This document shows, one piece after another, positions 42,954 to 47,753 of a DNA stretch of 47,753 bases. Both the position numbers and the translations under genes were made by a program. The notes below the pieces were generated by a model that saw only the letters and a program-made list of their open reading frames with translations, had not been told where the DNA came from and searched no databases. Numbering within the stretch: position 1 is the first letter of the stretch; each line of letters opens with the position of its first letter. Origin of the DNA: a virus. Lineage: Duplodnaviria; Caudoviricetes. Location of the stretch: IMG/VR virus record IMGVR_UViG_3300037467_000774, positions 1-47,753 of that record; one strand, given 5' to 3'.

Positions 42954-43646
42954 GTGAAGCAGTTTGTCTTGTCAGCGCTCGACCATCTTGGAATCGAGGC
43001 GCAGCGCTCAACTACGTTGCGGCGGTTCTTCGCTACCCACTCTATCGACCTGGTAGTCGATGCAGGCGCCAACCTCGGCCAGTTCGGCAACCTCATCCGG
43101 CGTAAAGGGTATCGCGGCCGTATCTGGTCGTTTGAACCCATCGGACACGTCTACGACGCACTACGCCAGGTGACCGACGCAAACTGGAAAGCGAGCCGTA
43201 TCGCGCTCGGCAGCACGCCCGGTCATGCTGACCTTAACGTGTGCGTCAATCATTCGCTTTCGTCGTTCCTGCCGGTGCTCGGCAATCAGGGCTTCGCCGG
43301 GACCGAAAGCGTCACCGAGCGCGTGGCCGTCGATACGCTGGACAACGTGCTTCGTGGCGATCCTGCCGCCAGCATATTCCTCAAGGCCGACGTGCAGGGC
43401 TTTGAAAAGCAGGTGCTCGAAGGCGCGGCCGAGACCCTGAAGCGAACGCAGGCCATCTACCTCGAACTGCCCGTCGAGCATCTATACGAGGGCAGTTGGT
43501 CGTTTCCCGAGGCAATCCACTACCTCGACGCCCTCGGCTTCGCGCCGGCGCAGTTTCGCACGGTTTCTCCGCTTCCGACCGACCGCTCGGCGGCGTTCGA
43601 GTTCGACTGCCTGTTCCGGCGCAAGGGCTCACTGATGCGAGTGTAG
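42954..43646 (+). CDS. FkbM-family SAM-dependent methyltransferase (moron); start uncertain
   Basis: VVDAGANLGQF, SFEP, LKADVQGFEKQVLEGA; opposite strand to its neighbours. Confidence 0.9.
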   Translation: MKQFVLSALDHLGIEAQRSTTLRRFFATHSIDLVVDAGANLGQFGNLIRRKGYRGRIWSFEPIGHVYDALRQVTDANWKASRIALGSTPGHADLNVCVNHSLSSFLPVLGNQGFAGTESVTERVAVDTLDNVLRGDPAASIFLKADVQGFEKQVLEGAAETLKRTQAIYLELPVEHLYEGSWSFPEAIHYLDALGFAPAQFRTVSPLPTDRSAAFEFDCLFRRKGSLMRV

Positions 43647-45155
43647 CACCGCGCCGGCGGTCGAAGTGCCGGGGTCGATCGGGAAGTGGCGGATCGAGTT
43701 GACCGACTGGTCGGGGTTGAGGTTGACGACCGGATTGGGGCTCGACCCATCCGGCGCGGTGCTGGTAATCATCTGCGTGGTCGCGCTGGCCCGTCCGAAG
43801 CCGCACTCGTGGGGATCTCCTGGCAGGTCGGTGTAGGTCACTCCGTCGCTGTTCTTGACGTGCATGGTGAGCCCCGCGCAGTGCTGGAAGAACTGCAGCA
43901 TCACGCCCGGCGCATCGCCGGTCCCGTAGTCCCACGCCGGGATGAGGTCGAAGTGAAAGCACTGGCCGCCCCGGAACGGGGTGACCATGCTGTCGCACGA
44001 CAGGAAGGTGGTCTCCATCTCGCCGGGGCGGAACGCGAACTGGTCGATGGCGATGAACACCGGCACCTTGTACCAGCCCTCGGGGCAGACCAGCGCCGAG
44101 CTGATGCGCTTGTCGACGACGGTATAGGCCATGTGGCGGCGGCCGTTGGGCGAGTGCAGGTTCTTGCCGTCCCAACACCCTTGTGAGCTGACCTCGACGT
44201 TGACGTAGTAGACCGTCTTGCCGTGGTCGGTGGTCGGCGCACAGTCGAGCGTCGCGTGGCCCGCGCCATCGTTGAGGTACGGCTGGTGCGTGTTCGACTG
44301 CTTCGGCGCGTACGCCGTGTACCCAATATGCGTGGCGTCGGTGGTGTTGCACTGCCAGCCGACGAACCCGTTGACCGTGCCGACGCTCGGGTCGGCGTAG
44401 CTGTTGAAGCCGGGGTCGATCGCAGCGATCTGGTTGTGCTGGAAGCTGTTGGTCGGGTCGCTCATGTCGAACCCGCCGATGAAGCTGATACCGCGCGGCC
44501 AACGCGAGCACTTGGGCGGGTCGGTCGTGAGGTTGCCGCAGTTGTAGTAGGTGATCGTGTTGCGCGCGATCAGCGGCACCGGCACCGTGCCCTTGAGGAC
44601 GTAGAGCGTCGGCTTCCAGTAGAGTGTGCGGTTGAGCGGGCCGCCGTAGCAGCTCGAATTGCCGCTGGCGCGCAACGAGGCGTAGGTCGCGTTGAACTGC
44701 GCGCCCGCCGCAGCCGTGTTGCCGATGAAGTCGTGGTAGTGGCTTGAGCCGCCCTGCACGCCGGGGTTGACGATCGGGTCGTCCTTGGCGTGGCTGTTGG
44801 TGTTGCAGTCGAAGCGGGCCTTGGCTTCCTGGCCGATGCCGTAGCCAGTGGTGTTGGTGGCATCGGAATACTGGCCGCAGCCGACCGCATCGTTGGCGGC
44901 GTTCTTGTTCGCACCATTGGGGCAGGTGACGATCCAGTTGCTAAGAATCGTCGAGTTGGTCGGAATATCGTTGGGCTCGAGCGTGGAGTAAGCGGGCGCC
45001 TCGCCGCCACGCGCGTTGGTAACGCCGTCGCCGAGGACGTGCGTGGTGGTCGCGATCGGATAGGTAATCGTCTGTTGGCCGGGGCCGTCCCAGGGCTCGG
45101 CGAGGGCCGGCTGCACGAGCAGCAACAGGAGGAAGATCGAGAGGAGCTTCTTCAT
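43629..45155 (-). CDS. Secreted DUF1996-domain protein
   Basis: Sec signal MKKLLSIFLLLLLVQPALA; DDPIVNPG...SHYHDFIGN...SSC...NRTLYWKP...CWDGKNL.S...HMAY...CP...FHFD. Confidence 0.82.
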   Translation of the reverse strand: MKKLLSIFLLLLLVQPALAEPWDGPGQQTITYPIATTTHVLGDGVTNARGGEAPAYSTLEPNDIPTNSTILSNWIVTCPNGANKNAANDAVGCGQYSDATNTTGYGIGQEAKARFDCNTNSHAKDDPIVNPGVQGGSSHYHDFIGNTAAAGAQFNATYASLRASGNSSCYGGPLNRTLYWKPTLYVLKGTVPVPLIARNTITYYNCGNLTTDPPKCSRWPRGISFIGGFDMSDPTNSFQHNQIAAIDPGFNSYADPSVGTVNGFVGWQCNTTDATHIGYTAYAPKQSNTHQPYLNDGAGHATLDCAPTTDHGKTVYYVNVEVSSQGCWDGKNLHSPNGRRHMAYTVVDKRISSALVCPEGWYKVPVFIAIDQFAFRPGEMETTFLSCDSMVTPFRGGQCFHFDLIPAWDYGTGDAPGVMLQFFQHCAGLTMHVKNSDGVTYTDLPGDPHECGFGRASATTQMITSTAPDGSSPNPVVNLNPDQSVNSIRHFPIDPGTSTAGAVLHSHQ

Positions 45156-45161
45156 GGTTTT

Positions 45162-47057
45162 CTATCCTGGGTAAGCGATGCCGAACATGGCGACGCCCGC
45201 TGTGCCGGCGGTGTTGGTGTAGGTGATCGACGGCTGGCCACTGGCGCCGAGCTTGGTCGCGGTGCGCGCCTCGTAAAGGGACGCATCGCTCTTGAGCGAC
45301 TGCTGCGTAAAGCCGTTGTCCCAACTCGTGAACGTGTTGCCGACGTTAGAGCGGTTGACTGCAGCGAACACGATTCCGACCCCGTTCGCTGCAACCGTGA
45401 GGCTGGCCGGCGTCGTATAGGGCGTCGAGCCAGAGCCAAAGCCGTAGTCCCTGACGGTAAGGCCGGTGCCCGCTCCGGTCGCGTTGACCACCGTGCCGGT
45501 GTGGATGACGGCATCACCGCTCGCGCCGCTTATGGCCACCGTCTTGGTGCCGGCGGTGCCTGCCGCCAGTTCCCACAGATCCCACCGCCCGTTCGAGCTA
45601 CCACCAAGGCGAGTACAGGCCGAGCCTCCGATGGTGACGCCGGTGATGGACGCGAGGCTGTTGTCGAGCAGGATTGCAACCAGCTGACGCCCCGCCTGAA
45701 AATCGGCGCTGCCCGAGTAGCCCGACGTCTGATGCCCGATCTGAGTTGTCGAGGGCACGAAGTTCGCGCCCGAAACGGCAGTCGTGATCTGGAAGGTGAC
45801 GTTGGTGCCGGCAACGTTGATGGTAAGCGTCACGACGCCACCTGCCGTTGCCGAACTGGTGCCTCGCACGCGGATCGACTGCCCCGGTGATAGCGTCGTG
45901 TCGGCCGTGCTGAACGCGCCGCCGGCGATGCTTACCTCGTTGCCATTGGTGACGACCGGGACCGGGCCAGTGAAGCCGGTCGGCGTGACCGCGTTGGATT
46001 GCGTGAGCGTGCTCGCGGTCGCTCCGGTGACGTCGGTGAAGTCCCAGGCGTCGGGTTGATAGTCGTAGACCGCGCGGCTGACGCTCGCGCTCGCCGCCGA
46101 CTGCAGCGTGAACGATCCCGGTCCGGTCCCTCGAGCGGCGTAGGCCCGAACGTAGAGCGTGCCATCGGCGAACGCGCCCGAGAAGGGCCAGCTGAAACCT
46201 ATACCGTCGGCCGAATTGATGATGTCGTCGTCAGTGACCTTGTGCCAGTCGGTAGTCGAGCCGGTGAACCCTGAGTTGAGCGCGTACTCGCGGCCGATCC
46301 AGTCGCCGCTGACCGCATCGGACGCGAGCGTGTAGACCATGTTCGGCGGGTTAAGGTAGGTCGGGGTGTCGAACGCGACAGTCGGCGCAAGCAGGCTACC
46401 GCCGCCCTCGGCAACGTCGGCCACCGCGATCGTAAGGGTCGTCGAACGCGGGGAATTGGCGCTGTCGGCCAGCGTCTCGACGATCGTGATGTTGTGGCTG
46501 GTGTTGGTCTCAAAGTCGAGAAGCGAGCCGTTCGCGACGATGATCTGCCCGGTCGAGGGGTTGATCGCGAAGCGTCCGCCCGCGTCGTTGCTCAAAGTCT
46601 TGGTCGAGCCCGAGGTGTAACCGGTGGGGGTGCCGACGACGGTGCCGTTGGCGCTGTTCTCGGGAACCGACAGCGAGCCGGTCAGTGCGCTAAGGTTCGC
46701 CGCCTCGAACACGTTGTTGACGTTGATCGTCAGCGTCGTCGACCTCGGGGTGCCGATAGCGCCGGCCAGCGTCTCGACGATGGTGATGTTGTGCGAAGTC
46801 GCGGTCTCGTAGTTTGTCGCTGTGGCGCCGGCGACGATATTGCTTCCCGAGATCGCGAAGCGCCCGCCGGCGTCGTCGGACAGCGACAGCGTAGACCCCG
46901 CCGTGCGGTTCTGGATCGCGCCGACGACCGTACCCGCTGCGCTATTCTCGGTGATCGAGTTGGCCGAGAGAGTCAGTGCGTTGAGCGCGGCAGCGACCGC
47001 GCCCCGGCTGCGGAGCACCCGGTCGCGCCCGAGCAGGTCGTGCAGGAGGCGCCGCAC
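45162..47057 (-). CDS. Cadherin-repeat fibre protein (putative head fibre); start uncertain
   Basis: Two cadherin-like repeats (ENSA.GTVVG...DAGGRFAI...(Y/F)ET.TSHNITI.ETLA) followed by further beta-rich domains. Confidence 0.8.
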   Translation of the reverse strand: MRRLLHDLLGRDRVLRSRGAVAAALNALTLSANSITENSAAGTVVGAIQNRTAGSTLSLSDDAGGRFAISGSNIVAGATATNYETATSHNITIVETLAGAIGTPRSTTLTINVNNVFEAANLSALTGSLSVPENSANGTVVGTPTGYTSGSTKTLSNDAGGRFAINPSTGQIIVANGSLLDFETNTSHNITIVETLADSANSPRSTTLTIAVADVAEGGGSLLAPTVAFDTPTYLNPPNMVYTLASDAVSGDWIGREYALNSGFTGSTTDWHKVTDDDIINSADGIGFSWPFSGAFADGTLYVRAYAARGTGPGSFTLQSAASASVSRAVYDYQPDAWDFTDVTGATASTLTQSNAVTPTGFTGPVPVVTNGNEVSIAGGAFSTADTTLSPGQSIRVRGTSSATAGGVVTLTINVAGTNVTFQITTAVSGANFVPSTTQIGHQTSGYSGSADFQAGRQLVAILLDNSLASITGVTIGGSACTRLGGSSNGRWDLWELAAGTAGTKTVAISGASGDAVIHTGTVVNATGAGTGLTVRDYGFGSGSTPYTTPASLTVAANGVGIVFAAVNRSNVGNTFTSWDNGFTQQSLKSDASLYEARTATKLGASGQPSITYTNTAGTAGVAMFGIAYPG

Positions 47058-47061
47058 GACG

Positions 47062-47313
47062 CTACACACCGAACGCGATGACGGTGACGGCGGTGGTGCT
47101 GCGGACGATGACGCCGTGCCCGACGGGGATATATTCGCCCTGCTGCGCGGGAACCGTGACGTCGGCGGCGCTCGCGGGATAGCGCAGGACGACGTTGCCC
47201 GTCGCTGCGGCGCGCAGCCACAGGACCGAGTTCAAGATGACGTCGCTGGCAAGGTTCAGCTGCTCGCCCGAGCCCATGCCGATACCTGAATTGATGAAGG
47301 GTGTCGTGACCAT
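47062..47313 (-). CDS. Putative head-spike base protein (RcGTA Rcc01079-like)
   Basis: 83 aa, LRAAATGNVVL...VTV....GEYIP.....VRSTTA..IAF; ATG overlaps the portal stop. Confidence 0.6.
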   Translation of the reverse strand: MVTTPFINSGIGMGSGEQLNLASDVILNSVLWLRAAATGNVVLRYPASAADVTVPAQQGEYIPVGHGVIVRSTTAVTVIAFGV

Positions 47314-47753
47314 CAGAAGCTCTCCGGTGATGGGGCCTGGTAGCCCTGGAATTGACCAAGCAGGTCGGTGAGCGCGTTGCTCGCGCCGCCCTGCGTCGGA
47401 GCGTTGCCGAGCTTGTTGGCGGTGTTCGCCATCTGCTCGGCCTGCGCGCTGGCCTCGGCGGCGCGCTGCGCCTGCGCCCGCGACTGGCGAATGAGCGCGA
47501 CCTTCTCGTCGGGCACGACGAGCTCGGGATCTACGCCAAGCTGGTCGGAGTAGATGTCGACCCACTTGTCGCTGTCGAACTTGTCGAGCACGTCGGGCTT
47601 GATGTTGGCGACGACGCCCAAGTTGCCGACGAAGCGGTCGGTCGAGGCGGTGCCGATCGCGCGCTGCGCCTGCGCCAGCACCGACACGAACTCGACGTTG
47701 AGCGGGATGCCGTTCATCTCGGGCGGCGGCGGGATCGCGCCGGCTTCGAGCAG
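47313..47753 (-). CDS. Portal protein, C-terminal part
   Basis: PPPPEMNG..L.VEFVSVLAQAQR...LDKFD.D...GV; in frame with 1-1395. Confidence 0.93.
   Translation of the reverse strand: MLEAGAIPPPPEMNGIPLNVEFVSVLAQAQRAIGTASTDRFVGNLGVVANIKPDVLDKFDSDKWVDIYSDQLGVDPELVVPDEKVALIRQSRAQAQRAAEASAQAEQMANTANKLGNAPTQGGASNALTDLLGQFQGYQAPSPESF
47607..47753. repeat. Terminal direct repeat, right copy
   Basis: 147 bp matching 1-150. Confidence 0.97.

Overview
This window is an apparently complete (~47.6 kb), circularly permuted genome of a temperate podovirus related to Bordetella phage BPP-1 (T7-like portal, adaptor, nozzle and ejection proteins; Bbp17/Bbp16-type capsid). It is GC-rich, and the host is probably an alphaproteobacterium, most likely a sphingomonad, inferred from GapR-like and NepR-like genes and a tRNA-Cys-like attP core. 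The ends overlap by ~150 bp and split the portal gene. Leftward from cro lie two DNA methyltransferases, an endonuclease VII-type nuclease, a primase/VapE, a putative origin, an HTH regulator and the terminases. Rightward from cI lie the early, replication and integration genes, then attP. The rest is a leftward virion and lysis region. The most notable signals are: (1) a C5 methyltransferase with a second subunit-like protein in an overlapping frame; (2) a probably membrane-anchored NepR-like anti-sigma in the lysis cassette; (3) a cassette of head-spike base, cadherin fibre, secreted DUF1996 protein and FkbM methyltransferase, the last carrying a repressor-type operator; (4) a four-copy phage-specific late promoter, CGTACGCTTAAG-N15-YATNNT; (5) two structured intergenic RNAs with C-rich loops; (6) an RMF-like small protein; (7) a 2575-aa polyvalent ejection protein with cassette-like inserts. 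All family assignments come from motif recognition by eye, not from database searches.
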